The notes beneath the pieces are model-generated. The model had not been told where the DNA came from and did no database searches. It worked only from the letters and a program-made list of their open reading frames with translations. Both the position numbers and the translations under genes were made by a program. This document shows, one piece after another, positions 50,926-63,249 of a DNA stretch of 64,000 bases. Location of the stretch: the NCBI RefSeq assembly GCF_018977255.1, contig NW_024704743.1:75766001-75830000 (forward strand). The letters are read 5' to 3'. Numbering within the stretch: position 1 is the first letter of the stretch; each line of letters opens with the position of its first letter. Origin of the DNA: Callorhinchus milii. Taxonomy: Eukaryota.

Positions 50926-51828
50926 ATGTGGGTATTAGAACCGATATTGCCACAGATGATTGACTCGATTCTGACATTCCGTTTCCATGCATGTCACCTT
51001 AGAGCTAGTTCAGCTCCAAAGACCTCCCTGTCCCAAGGGGATAATAACTAATTGGTTCCGAGGTTAAGGAAGAGAAAGCCTGTTGAGTCCCTGCTTCTCG
51101 TCCCTCTGCAGTACCTCTACTGGCTGTATATGGTGAGGGGAGCCAGGGGAGATCAGGCTCTGGTGGGAGGCTCACAATTGAATAATGGCCACTTGAGCGG
51201 GATGCTGAAGGGAAACTGGTGCTCCTGGAATCGAGAGGCAACTGGAGACCAGGAGCAGAGACACACATGGCAATTGTGGAGAATTTGTTTTTAATTACCC
51301 ACACTAAATTTAAAATAAAGTATGCCCTGAGGTTTCAAGCCACAATGTTTTTTTAAAAAAACTTGGGAACATAGGGGAGGGGAAAAGAAAGATACCAACA
51401 TTTACTTAATGTAATCTGTTCACAAAGAATTCAAAACTGTCTAACAACCAATATGCAATGAAGTGACTGGACTACAAAAGAAGCAGCTACAAAATAACCC
51501 AGCAACAACAGAAAGATTATAAAACTAAGGCTGTGAAGTTGGATCAAACACTTCTTAACAAAGGCAAACCATGAACAGGTAGATTAACACCTCCGCTTGA
51601 CAGACAAGGAATTATTGTTCATTGGCATCATTACTGCAGGAGTATAAAGAATACACTGGGGGAGGGGGAGGATTAATGTGCCAAATAGTCCATATTCACT
51701 TAATTAACTATATGGTTAAATTCCATCAGTTCCCCAATGTACACTCTGGGATCCTCAGGCCTTTGGCTCTTGCCAACCTGCACCTAATACTTTGGGAAAT
51801 TCAGTAAAAGAGTTCATCCCTGTACAGG

Positions 51829-52193
51829 GTGGAGTCTTGTAGCTCAGTGGCCAGAGCACTCACCTCGCAAGCGAGAGACATGTGTTAGATTCTCAGCAGG
51901 GTGAAATGTTGGGCAAGTTTACTTACTCCACACGCTTCTGTTTACCTTGCAGTAAGTAGGAACCCGATTGTTAGTCGACTGGCGGATCGCTTTTCTGGGG
52001 ATAATAAACCCTAAAAAAAAATGTGGTCACTCAATCTATGACTGTTTGTGGGACACTGCTGTGCGCAATTGGCTGCCGCGTTTCACCCGCAAATATACAG
52101 TCAATTCACTTTACAGTATATTCTGTGAAGCGCTTTGAGACGTCTAGAAGACATGAAAAGCGCTATATGAAATGCAAGGATTATTATTATTAT
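51829..52193 (+). mobile_element. SINE, long subfamily, full length
   Basis: Head, long segment and tail. Confidence 0.88.
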
Positions 52194-52425
52194 CCCTTTG
52201 GGGAGAGAGTGTACATTCCATTCCTGACACAGAAATGGAATGTGTAAGTGGGATTCATGGAACTCTTAGTCTGGTTTGGATAGGCTTAAACATGGTGATG
52301 GGTCAAGAAAATAAATGCATAAATGGTGTCTCAGGTCAGAGAAATCCCTTTGGTGCATGACATGTATGGCCTGCAGGAAACCCCATGTATGTCACACTGA
52401 CCATCGAGTATTGAGCTCTAATTTC

Positions 52426-55400
52426 CCCCTCCCTCCCTCCCTCCCTCCGTTGCTCATTGCAAACCACAATGAGCGCCCTCCACCCTCTGTGCCACCTCTA
52501 GCCCCCCCCCAGCCTCCTGCAGGCTGACAATGTCCTGCTGAACCCGCCGCCTCTTGTCCCAGCGTGCACTTCTTGGCTGCCGCCCCCGACCCGAGCTGGC
52601 CCTCCCTCAAAATACCCCCTCCCTCCAACTCTCCCCCTCTGTCCTGCTCTCCCTCCGCCCTCCCCGCCTCCTATCTCTGCTTGACCGCCCCCACTGCCTC
52701 CCTCTGCCCCAGCCTGGGAATCCTCATCGTGGCACTCGGCACTGGCTGTCCAGCAGCAGTCACACTGACTGCCCTATTCCCCACCACCGCCGCAAGCCAC
52801 CCCGGACACTGACCCCGGGGGCTAACCTCTCCTCCCTCATCTGCATCCCCACCCTTCCTCCCAACTAACCCACTACCACCTCCCATCCCACACATCCCCC
52901 TGCCAACTGTCCACTCCGCATTGGTCTTCAGGATGTCCGCTCCATCTCCAACAAGACACTGGCCGTCAATGAACTCATTCTCGATGAGAACATTGACATC
53001 ATGGCTCTCACAGAAACCTGGATCACCCCAGGTGACACCTTTCCCCTCACTGAGGCCACACCACCTGGCTACACCTATCACCACGCCCCAAGCCCCAACG
53101 GTCGTGGCGGAAGTGTGGCCCTCATATCCAGGGCGTCACTTGCCCTATCCCCCTACTCCACCGGCTTGTTCCCCTCTTTCGAACACCTTACCCTCTGTCA
53201 TCCCTCCAACCTCTGGCCCGCCTCTCACATCAACCCACTCGCTGCACTCACTCTTCTCCACAGCACCCTCTCCACCACACTCAACTTCCTTGCTGCCCTC
53301 ACCTCCTGAACTGCCTCCTATTCCCGATCCTCACTCTGGTGCACCAGCCACCTCTACTCGCTTAAGGGCCAGATGTGATCTGCCGAACGCACTTGGTTCA
53401 AATCCAGCCTAATGGTCCACCGCTACATCTGGCTGGACCTCATCAAGACCTACACTCCACTCTCGCATCATCCAAATCATCCTTCTATTCCAGGTTAATC
53501 CTGGAGGCGAAGGCAACCCCAGACTCCTATTCTCCACCTCTAACCGGCTCCTATGCCCTCCCCGCCATGCCTCACAGATACTTTACTCTGACTCTCACTG
53601 CGAGAAAATGCTGGACTTCCTCGAGTCCAAAATCGAGGGAATCCACTCAGCTGTCACTGCCCTCCAAACTTCCACCCACTCCCTACCCCCACCCTTCACA
53701 ATTACCCATCCGACAACTACCTATCCCTCCTTCCACACCTTTGAACCTGTCACCCCCTCCTCTGTCTTCAACACGGTAACCTCCATGAAGTCCACCACCT
53801 GCTCCCTGGCCCCCATCCTTAAAGCCCAGCTCCACCTCCTTGCCCCACTACTCGCCGACATCATCAACCTCTCCCTGTCATCTAGCACTATTCCTTCCTC
53901 CCTCAAAACAGCCACTATCACCCCCACCTTGAAGAAACCTTCCTGCGACCCATTACAGTTATCCAGCTACCGGCCCATCTCAAATCTCCCCTTCCTATCC
54001 AAGGTCCTTGAGAGAGCCATTGCCTCCCAGCTTCGCTCTTTCCTCTCCTCTCACTCCTTCCATGAACTCCTCCAATCGGGTTTCCGTGCTGCCCACCACA
54101 CGGAAACTGCTCTGGTCAAGGTGACAAACGACATCCTGACCATGTGTGACCAGAGCTCCCTCTGCCTCCTCGTCCTCCTCGACCTCTCCGCCGGCTTTGA
54201 CACTGTGGACCACTCAATCCTCCTCCACCGCCTCACCTCCCATCTCAACCTTCAAGGTTCTGTCCTTGACTGGTTCAGGTCCTACCTTTCATACCGCCAC
54301 CACTTCGTCGTGGCAAACGGCTTTTCCTCCAGCCCCTGCACTGTCTCGTGCGGTGTTCCGCAGGGCACTGTCTTCGGTCCCTTCCTCTTCACCCTCTACA
54401 TGCTCCCCCTTGGTGACATCATTCACAGACATGGGGTAAATTTCCACATGTATGAGGATGACACCCAACTCTACCTCTCTGCCTCCACCCTCAACCTCAG
54501 GACTACTGGCGTCCTGACCGACTGCCTGTCCGACATCAAGTCCCGGACGAGGGCCAACTTTCTCTAACTGAACATCAACAAGGCTGATGATTGGCTCCTG
54601 ATTGGCTCACGCCAGCACCTCCGCACCTCAGGCACTGGCAGCATCAGCCTCCACAACTGCACACTCAACCTCACTAAGCCAGGCAGGAACCTGGGTATCT
54701 TGCTTGACCCTGAACTGTCCTTTCTCCCCCACATCCGCACCATACCAGCACTGCCTACCACCACCTCCGCAACATTGCCAGTCTCCGCCACTGCCTCACC
54801 GCTCAGGCTGCATAAACCCTCACCCACGCATTCGTCACATCAAGGCTCGATTATGGGAACTCCCTCCTCTTCGGCCTTCCCAACTCTTCCCTTCACAAGC
54901 TGCAGATCATCCAAAACTCTGCAGCTCGTGTACTCTCACACACCAGGCTCCGTGACCCCATCATTCCCACCCTCGCCCGACTCCACTGGCTCTCTATCCC
55001 CCAGAGGATCAAGTTCAAGATCCTCATCCTCACCTTTAAGGCCATCCATGGCCTTGCCCCCTCCTACCTCCCTGACCTGCTGACTCCCTACCAACTTGCC
55101 CACTCACTCCGTTCAGCGGGCTCCTGCCTGCTCCATGTCTCCTGCCTGACCCGCCCTACCATCGATAACCAGACTTTTAGCTTATCTGCCCCCACACTGT
55201 GGAACTCCATCCCATGGTCCCTTCGCCTCGCTTCCTCCCTTGCCTCCTTCAAGGCCGGTCTCAAGACCCTTCTCTTAGACCGTGCCTTCGGTCTCCCTCC
55301 CACCTCTCCACCTTCCCTCATCCCTACAGCACCCCTCCCCCATTCTTGGGCCTCGAAACTTGACTGTTCAGCGCTTTGGGACGTCCTCCAGACGTAAAAG

Positions 55401-55431
55401 GCGCTCTATAAATGTAATTTTGTTGTTGTTG
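52426..55431 (+). mobile_element. Long (3.0 kb) L2 LINE with APE endonuclease and RT remnants; inactive
   Basis: TSD TAATTTC (52419-52425, 55432-55438); EN motifs LQDVRSI, DIMALTETW and GRGGSVALI; RT ORF 53608-54567 with YRPISNLPFLSK, LQSGFR, DLSAGFDTVDH and YEDDTQ; frameshifts and an internal deletion; (TTG)n tail. Confidence 0.95.
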
Positions 55432-55581
55432 TAATTTCAGAACAACAGTGTCTTGTGTCACCATTAATTTTATGCAAAAATTCTGTTCTTGAATGTTGCA
55501 GAATAAAATTATGGAACCAAAATATTTGAAGAGAAATAATATAAATGGCCTGGCCAACAATCCCCCAAATTAAATTGGTCA

Positions 55582-56432
55582 CTCACCTACCCAAGTCCAG
55601 CCATTATACAGCTGAAAGCATCCCTTCCCCAAAACAGGCTGAAAGGTATTGTCGAGAGGCTTGCCGAGGATGCTCTTGATAAAACGGAAAAACACAAACC
55701 ATCGGTTTAGGGAGTGAAATGGAAAACTGCAACACGAAGACAACCTTCACTGTTGCTTTGCTTATTTGTAGTTATTTCAGTTTGTGGTTAGTAAATAAAT
55801 AAATGATTGAGGGGTAAACTTGGAACCACAGGACTCACTCCCCCTCCTCCCCCCACCATAGTGAAGATTTGGTTGCAGAGGAAACGCACCCGTGAGCCCG
55901 AGGCACAACTCTGCAGACTCAAATCACGTTGTACCAGTGAACACGACCCAATTAGTAGCCAATGATGAGACTAATTGTTGCCTGCCTATTGTAAAGGGCT
56001 TTAAATTACTGCTGTTCTGAGGCTGAAGTCTCTGTGTCTACATCCACGGCTGATGTGCACAGTGATGTGATGCAGTTATTAGTACCAGAACTTGGCTGCC
56101 TCTGCTACCACCTGATGAGCGGTTTCTCATGTTCCGCCCGAGCAAACAATCTTCTCATTTCTCAGGTTTTCCACATTTCCACAGCAGAACAGAAAAACTA
56201 TTAGAAGTAGTTATAAAAAAGTGAATATCCTATCTTCCCCCAGTTTGTATCCTTCGCTCAAGAAATTAGTTCACCTTTTGCTTGACTTTACAGTTATCCT
56301 TTGCTAAATCTCTCTTGCTTTACTCAAGGTTTAAGAAATAATGTACATGTTGCCTCGCTCATAGGAGTTTAGTTGCATCAGAAGTCAGTGATGGTTTGTT
56401 ATAATGGGCCACTGTTACCATGGTGAAGTCTC
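55582..56432 (-). repeat. Unclassified ~750-bp element, copy B (inverted relative to 35993-37522; ~75-bp extra segment near 55776-55850)
   Basis: Direct alignment by eye, e.g. gagaaatgagaagattgtttgctcgggcggaa is shared exactly. Confidence 0.85.
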
Positions 56433-56513
56433 GGGCAGGTAACTTCACCAGAAACCCACAAACCTCCACACCCATGCACCAGATCGCGGTGAATGCTGGA
56501 TAAAGATTTAGGT

Positions 56514-56721
56514 CAGTGGTGGCCAATATTTTGGGTCATCCAACAAAATAAATGTTCTTGTTTGAACATTTCTTCATTTATGCCACAAATCAAGAAATAT
56601 TAAATCAAGAAAAACCTGCAAACACAGTACCAATTGAACAAGACTAGTGCGAATATTCGGGGCACTCTTGACAGCCCAGTGGACCGGCCCCAACCCGTGG
56701 GCCATAGGTTGGCTGGCACTG
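56514..56721. mobile_element. hAT (Charlie-like) MITE
   Basis: Termini CAGTGGTGGCCAA / TTGGCTGGCACTG; 8-bp TSD atttaggt / atttaagt (7/8 match). Confidence 0.72.
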
Positions 56722-58014
56722 ATTTAAGTATTATTAGCCTGGTTCATTTGCCAAGCAAAGTCTCCTTGGAGCTAAGCTAGATCCAAGGTGATGTGCCTGG
56801 CAATAGAATATCAGAATTGAGTCTATCCTCTGACAACAACATTAATTTTTATTCATAATAGCTCCCTTCATGAAGGATACTCTCTCAGAGTGCTTCAAAT
56901 CTCAGTACTCTGGTTGCTAAGCTGTGAGGTCAGACATTATCCAAGGAATTGTTGATGACAGACCTGCCAAACTTCCACTCAGCTCCTGCTTCCATTATCC
57001 CCGTCCTCACTTTCAAAAGCCTCCATAGCTACGTTCCATTGTGTGTCCTCCCAGCTGTGACCTCCTGCAACCCTACTGATCTGGTTGTTTTTCTTGATTA
57101 AATATTTCTTGATTTATGGCTTTCAGACATCCTTCCACCTCTCTCTGGAAGTCCATCCTAGAGTACCTTTGTCTTGCCCTCTTTCTCCCCACCTTAAGTC
57201 CTATTCTTTTGACTTTATTTTTCAGCTCCCTTCCATCCCTATCTAGCTCAGCAAATCTCCCTCATTGTTTTAAATATTCAGTTTGATCAAGTCTTCAATT
57301 CCTGGACAAAATCCAGAGATTTATCAATAAACTGGCTAGTATGGTATTTCAGAATTGATCGATATTTCGATTTTTTTTGCCAAAATATTCATCAACAATT
57401 CTTCCAGGTGCAAAACGTAATCAACAAAACATCAGTGACGAGAAAACAACAATACTAACATTTGTTTCTTATTTAGCAAATAAATGTAATCTAATCAGTC
57501 GAGAAGCTGTCTTAGGAACCGACTGTAAATAGGTTCAATGTATTATCTGTTCAATAATAATAATAATCCTTGCACTTGATATAGCAAGACATCTTAAAGC
57601 GCTTCACAGAATATATTATAAAGCGAATCGACCGTGTATTAAATGAGCTCTGGAGGAAAACGTTAAATGAAGGCTGGCTTTATAAAGTGAGCACAGAAAG
57701 GAAATGATCCCACTTTTAAAAGGGCTTCATCATTCCCAAAAAAACTATTGTTTTTTTTTGGGGGGGAAGAAGGATCAGAAGAATAACCAAGGGGAGTACG
57801 TTGGTGAAGTGAGATAAGAGTTATCTCAGTTTGGTAAATCATGCAGTTTTACACTGAATTAATTAATTCAATAATTAATTAACTAATTCGCCCTCAAAAA
57901 ATCCTAAATTATAACAGGATAAATAACCTAAGATTAAAGACGTAACATAAAACTGTACACTTTTATATCGAACCAGTCAGTTTCAAGTGCACAGGGGAAA
58001 TAAACAAAACTTAC

Positions 58015-58045
58015 CACATTGGCAATTGGGGACATGGGGAATAAC
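58015..58045 (-). CDS. Putative 31-nt internal micro-exon of an unidentified minus-strand gene; preferred frame xLFPMSPIANV
   Basis: Minus strand reads tttctatatatatctttaag|GTTATTCCCCATGTCCCCAATTGCCAATGTG|gtaagt: pyrimidine-rich acceptor and consensus donor in repeat-free DNA. All three frames are open. The chosen frame ends in phase 0 and joins the 16920 exon. Confidence 0.55.
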
Positions 58046-59374
58046 CTTAAAGATATATATAGAAATTTCCTTCATTAAGTAACAACAACAATTTGCATTC
58101 ATACAGTGCACTTCACATAAGAAAGCATCTCAGATTGCTTAAATTAATCATATTCAAATAGTTGGTAAATATTCGTTCCAACATCTATTATTTTACACCT
58201 GTGTCTCTGCAAATATTTGCTACCTATTTAACCCAAATCCTAGGTATTTTATTCTGATTGAATGTCTCAATTTGGTAACCCTGCCATAAAACTAATCTGA
58301 GTCTTTGACTGTACCGGAAACTACCTCAGGAGGCTCTCAGTGATACCAAAGCTATTCCAATGTGTGAAGAAAACTGGCTTGTGCGACGAGTTATACTTCT
58401 CAGAAACCAATTACTTTTAGCTCAGACTTACTAAGGCATGCTAATTATCTGTTTAATAGCTCTGAACCTCATTGTAAAATGGAGAGAATTATGCTGGTTA
58501 ACCTATTGTATACTAAATATACAAGGGTATAATAAGCAATCGTGAAAATTATACCATGGGAGAGGTCATGAGGTTCATCAAGGCTATATCAGTGAACTCC
58601 AATGAAGCTAATTGGTCTTCCCGATATAAAAGGCATAATATAAATGTAATTTGTTGTTGTTGTTCAAGCTACTCACTGTGAATTCTACAATGTACCCAAT
58701 GCAGAATGAAGATAACAGGAAATTCTTTTATCCCAATTCTCTGCTCTTTTCGCATACCTTTTTAAAGTAAACCTCTTAGAATTACATGAAACCTTATAGC
58801 ATGGAAACAGGCTATTTGGGCCTACTAGTCTGAGTCGGTGTTAAAGTCTACATGAACCTACAGCATTCTACAATACCCTTCTATGTCCTTCTCCCTCAGC
58901 TATGCCTCTTCAAGTGTTTATCTGATTTCCTTTTAAATGCTGTGTGATCTCCAGCTCCAGCCATTCACAGCAAAGCATTCCATGTTCTAATGCCTATTTA
59001 CTGATTCCTGGAATAACCGGAGAGAAGAGTATTCCTGGTCACACAGATTATACTTTCCTGTTATCTGCACTTTGCGCCAGCTTCATATGATTCTATAGTC
59101 CTGGTGCAGGACTTGAACCCACAACACTCTGACTCCAAGGCAAGAGGACTACTAGCTGAGCCAGGCTAGCATCCCAACTGATGCAGGAAGTGGCAAAATG
59201 CAAGCACTACAGATTGCTTGTCTTTGGTTTTGCTTGTAGACAGTATTGTCAGGGTAAAGTACAAGAAGCTTTAGTTTGCATTTGTACTTTCTCTGAGCTG
59301 GGAGTGCTCGATACTCGAGTGATTCCAGTGGAAAATGTGTTCTTCAGCATTAAGATTACTCTCTTCGATAAACA

Positions 59375-59870
59375 CAAAAACAACAAATTGCATTTGTATA
59401 GAACCTTGCACATCTTGAGATGGACCTTGAAGAAGATGAGGGAAGGAACGAGGTGATGAGACTGCGGGATGGAGTTCCAGAGAGTGGGGGCAGAAAGGCT
59501 GAAATTCCTGCATCAGAATGATAAAAATCGACAAAGTCAGTGTAGAGGGCAGATAATTGCCGGTGGTGGGGTGGGCTGGGCACCAGACGTGAAGCAGGCC
59601 AATGCCTGCAGAGCAGAGGGAGGTGGCAGGTTAGTATAATTTTAGAGAGTCACAGAGCTGGGTGAGGCAATACCGTGGAGGGATTTAAAAGTGAGGATGA
59701 CGATCTTGAATCTGCAGGATGAGGAGCCCATGGAGCTGGGCAAGGATGGTGGGTGATATGCTCATGGAGTGTGGTATGAAGAAGACACAAACTGCAGAGT
59801 TCTGCAGCTTGTGGAGCGAAGAGTTGGGAAACTTGGTGAGCAGAGGGTTGGCGTAGTCAAGCCTGGACAT
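59375..59870 (-). mobile_element. Old L2 3' portion
   Basis: SRLDYANPLL...LHKLQNSA motif and (AAC) tail. Confidence 0.8.
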
Positions 59871-61489
59871 GATAATAATAATAATAATAAACCTTGCATT
59901 TGATATAGTGTCTCATCACGTCTTCGAAACGTCTCAAAGTGCGGATCAAGGTCTTGGCACACCAAGAGGTTTTGTTTTGAAGAAAAAAACATATATTTAC
60001 TTAACCAAATGTCACACAAGCAAAGTACATAGCCATAAATATCATTGTGGAAAATGTATAACTCGCCAGATGCAAAACGGAACTGCAGAACACTCATCCA
60101 AACAGATTGTCTTTTCAGCAGTAACAGAATTGAATATCTCACTGCTTATCACAATTGTTATTACACTGATCAACAATGCATAAAATGATTGAAAAGTGAC
60201 TTTAGTGGCCAAGAATTTAATTATAAACACCACTAAGTCTGCAAGTATGACCACAGAACTCGCTCCTGAATAATAAAGTCTATCCTGCATTACCAACAAT
60301 ATTTTTGGGTCTGGAATATGCAGAAACCAATCAGCATGTTTAAGAGTACCCAAGCCACATTGAGAGTTTTCACAATTGTATGTCACCTAATATCGAAATT
60401 AAAATGTGTACCATCTCCCTGAAGAGACGCATCCAGTTAACCTAACTTCGGGGCGAGTATTAGGCATAGGTTGGCCAGGGCCAAGGCTTGGCAGCTCCAG
60501 AGTGTGTCATGGGGTACTGTTGGAGTCTAACCAGCTAAAACCACATAGCTTGCCACTGAAAACTGTCTGACAAGCTTACAGCTTCTTCACAATACACAGT
60601 CACTACACATCACAGTAAAATCCTGAAAAGCGCTTTGACATGTTGCAAATATTTGTTATAGCAAATGTGAGAATTAAAAGAATTTATGAAAAATTGGTTT
60701 AAAAATTAAGGCTTTTTTAAAGGATATGTCAAATTCTGGACCCTTTGAACTGATAAAGTAAATCTAAACCCACGTGGAACTTCTACCCAGCAACGTTTCA
60801 TAACAAACTAAACTCGCTATTTCAAATCTCTCAAGCAACATTGCCTTTTCACCCCAATAAAGGTGTGCATTATTTAACACAGTTTATTATACCAGGGACA
60901 GATAATTAACTGTATTGGTTCACTAAAATCAATTCTAGCCTTAAATTGCAACACCTCACTTAGAGGAAAGTATCTGTCAAAAAGTCTACATTGTACAGTA
61001 ATCCTATTTTCCATTGTCTTTAGTTTCTCTGCCAGTTCAATGTTCTGTTTTTGCAACAAAATCAGAGCAATGTAGAAAAAACTTAGAATTCAAAATTGTG
61101 GTCATTACATTTTAAATATCATTTTAGACTCAGTGACCCTCAATACTAAATACACTATGGCTATTATTTAGCTAGTGCTTTATCACACATTTGTCCGGGT
61201 CCCTCAACACCCAGGTTAAACAAAGGCTCTGGCCAATGTACAATTGTGGTCATGTAGATGGGTTCCTAGTTCAATCTCCATTGTGCAAAGGTAGCCGATC
61301 TCAACTATTCACTGATCGGACACATGCATGGAGAATGGTCACTGGAGCAAGATAACAGTAACCATGAAATCATATCTCAAGCACAGGTAAGTATCTTTCA
61401 GGAAAGGAGGACGGAACATTTGTGGCACAAAAAAATTGGATTGGTCTCAGGAATTTGCAAATTATTGTTCTGTTTCCGCAGTGGAGGGG

Positions 61490-61890
61490 ATAAGATACAA
61501 GGAATAACTAGATGAGCTAGGTTTCTTAAGTTTTGAAATAATGTCTCAAAGGAGACCTTGTAGAGGTATACAGGATGTTAAATGTGATTGAGAAAGTAAA
61601 CCCATAATAATACTTTCAGATATGTGGAGGCAAGAAGACACAAGTTCAGGGTTGTGGAAGCAATTTTAGGGGAGACACCACGCAAATAAGTATTTCTTTA
61701 CATAGAGGGCAACTAACTATTGGAAAGAATTACTAAGAAGTACGATAGAAGCCAGGACCACTCAACTCATTTTAAAAAAAAAGCTTGATTTTGTAATGGG
61801 AAGACAGTATGACATGTATCCTGCAAGGATGAAATCAAAATGGCTGAGGGATCTTCTTCCTTCAAGCGTCTCTTATGATCCTGTTATCCT
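61490..61890 (+). mobile_element. Old CR1 3' fragment
   Basis: ggagaccttgtagaggtatacaggatgttaaatg...catagagggcaactaactattggaa. Confidence 0.65.
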
Positions 61891-62029
61891 AAAAGTAGGT
61901 TCCAAGTAATCTCCTATCCTAAGGGGTCAGGTTCTGCTGCATATAAATTTATTGTTTGTTTAGAAATTAAGGTTTGCCTATTTGCTTTAGGCTGTGTTAA
62001 AATTGACTTACATTTTTAATATTCATTTT

Positions 62030-62750
62030 TATAATAATAATCCCTACTTTGATGCAGTGTTCAAAGAGGAAGCCTCAAATCGCTTCACAGGATATTCTAG
62101 AAAGTGTTGTGACTGTTTTGTAGGTGAATGCAACCTGCAATTTGTGCACAGCCATGAAAGTAACCAATTTTATTCGGAGGATTCTTGGCTAAGACCCAGG
62201 AGAAACACCCTTCTCTTTTCAAATAGTGCCATGGATCTTCATTGTGCACCTGAATAGGCTTGAACCCAAAACATTCTGACTCAAAGTGTTGCAACTGAGC
62301 CAGCTTTTAAACAAAAATATAACTCTTTTTAAAAAAAACAGAGTGAAAGGCTGGACTTGTGCAGCTCGTGCTATTTCAGCAGTTGACGTCAGGGAAACAT
62401 TAAAGAAAAATAACGAAAGAAAGAACAAATAAAATTCCGTCTGTATAATCCCCTATTTACATTGAAATGTTTCAAAGTGCTTTACAGCAATTACTGTTAA
62501 GAGTAGTGACAGCTTGTGTAGGCAAAAGCACAACAGCTATTTGCACGCAGCAATGTCCCACATGTAGCCATGAGTTGAATTATCAATTAATCCATCGGCC
62601 GGAAAACTCTTTTCTCAATCTCCCTTCTCTATTCCAGTAGGTCCGTGGGATTTTTAATATTCACCTAAACAGGCAGACGTGTACTCAGTTTAACGTCTCG
62701 TCCAAAAAACGAGTCACATCTAACAATGCAGAGGTTACCAACACTGCACT
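62030..62750 (-). mobile_element. Two old Deu-SINEs (~62030-62305 and ~62450-62750)
   Basis: aatagtgccatggatctt and gtttaacgtctcgtcc Deu motifs. Confidence 0.65.
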
Positions 62751-63249
62751 TAAGTGTGTGTCATCGATACTTAATAATAACCCAGAGCAGAAAATGATTT
62801 ATTTACTTCTGAAGAGATTTCTTAAAAAGTATCATAATTTATAAGTGTTGCAAAAACAGAATAAAAATTGGATAATAACAGAATATATTGTTTGTGTTAT
62901 TTGTGAGAAACACCTTTATGATCAACTTGTGACTTTTGGCTTGCTAATAATGAGGTGATCCTAGTTCATGGATTAAATTGGGATTCCTACAGTTAGTTAT
63001 TACACAGCCCCTAAAGCTCATCTTTGTTGATACTCTGTATAATACTAACTTGCATCTTTCTACACATAATATACATGTCAATTATAACTAGGTTTCAAAT
63101 TGAGAAGCACCATTTGTGACTATAATCTTTCTATCAAAGCACTAAATATGAGTAAAGATGACAGCTCAGCCAATACTTGATTGAAAAGATAATAAGAGTC
63201 TGAACCTATCCAGCTGAGATAGAAAGTGACTTTCCAATATATAAAAAAA

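Noticed and set aside
53608..54567. 319-aa reverse transcriptase as a functional gene, retron or DGR
   Set aside because: It is part of a frameshifted L2 with YADD changed to YEDD and a LINE tail.
60042..60386. 114-aa hydrophobic ORF or exon
   Set aside because: No recognisable motif, weak splice sites, and the phase does not fit the preferred frame of the 58045 exon. Not excluded.
60874..61059. Possible exon NIELAEKLKTMENRITVQCRLFDRYFPL
   Set aside because: Purine-rich acceptor end, and the best donor gives a phase incompatible with the MSPIA frame. Unresolved without RNA data.
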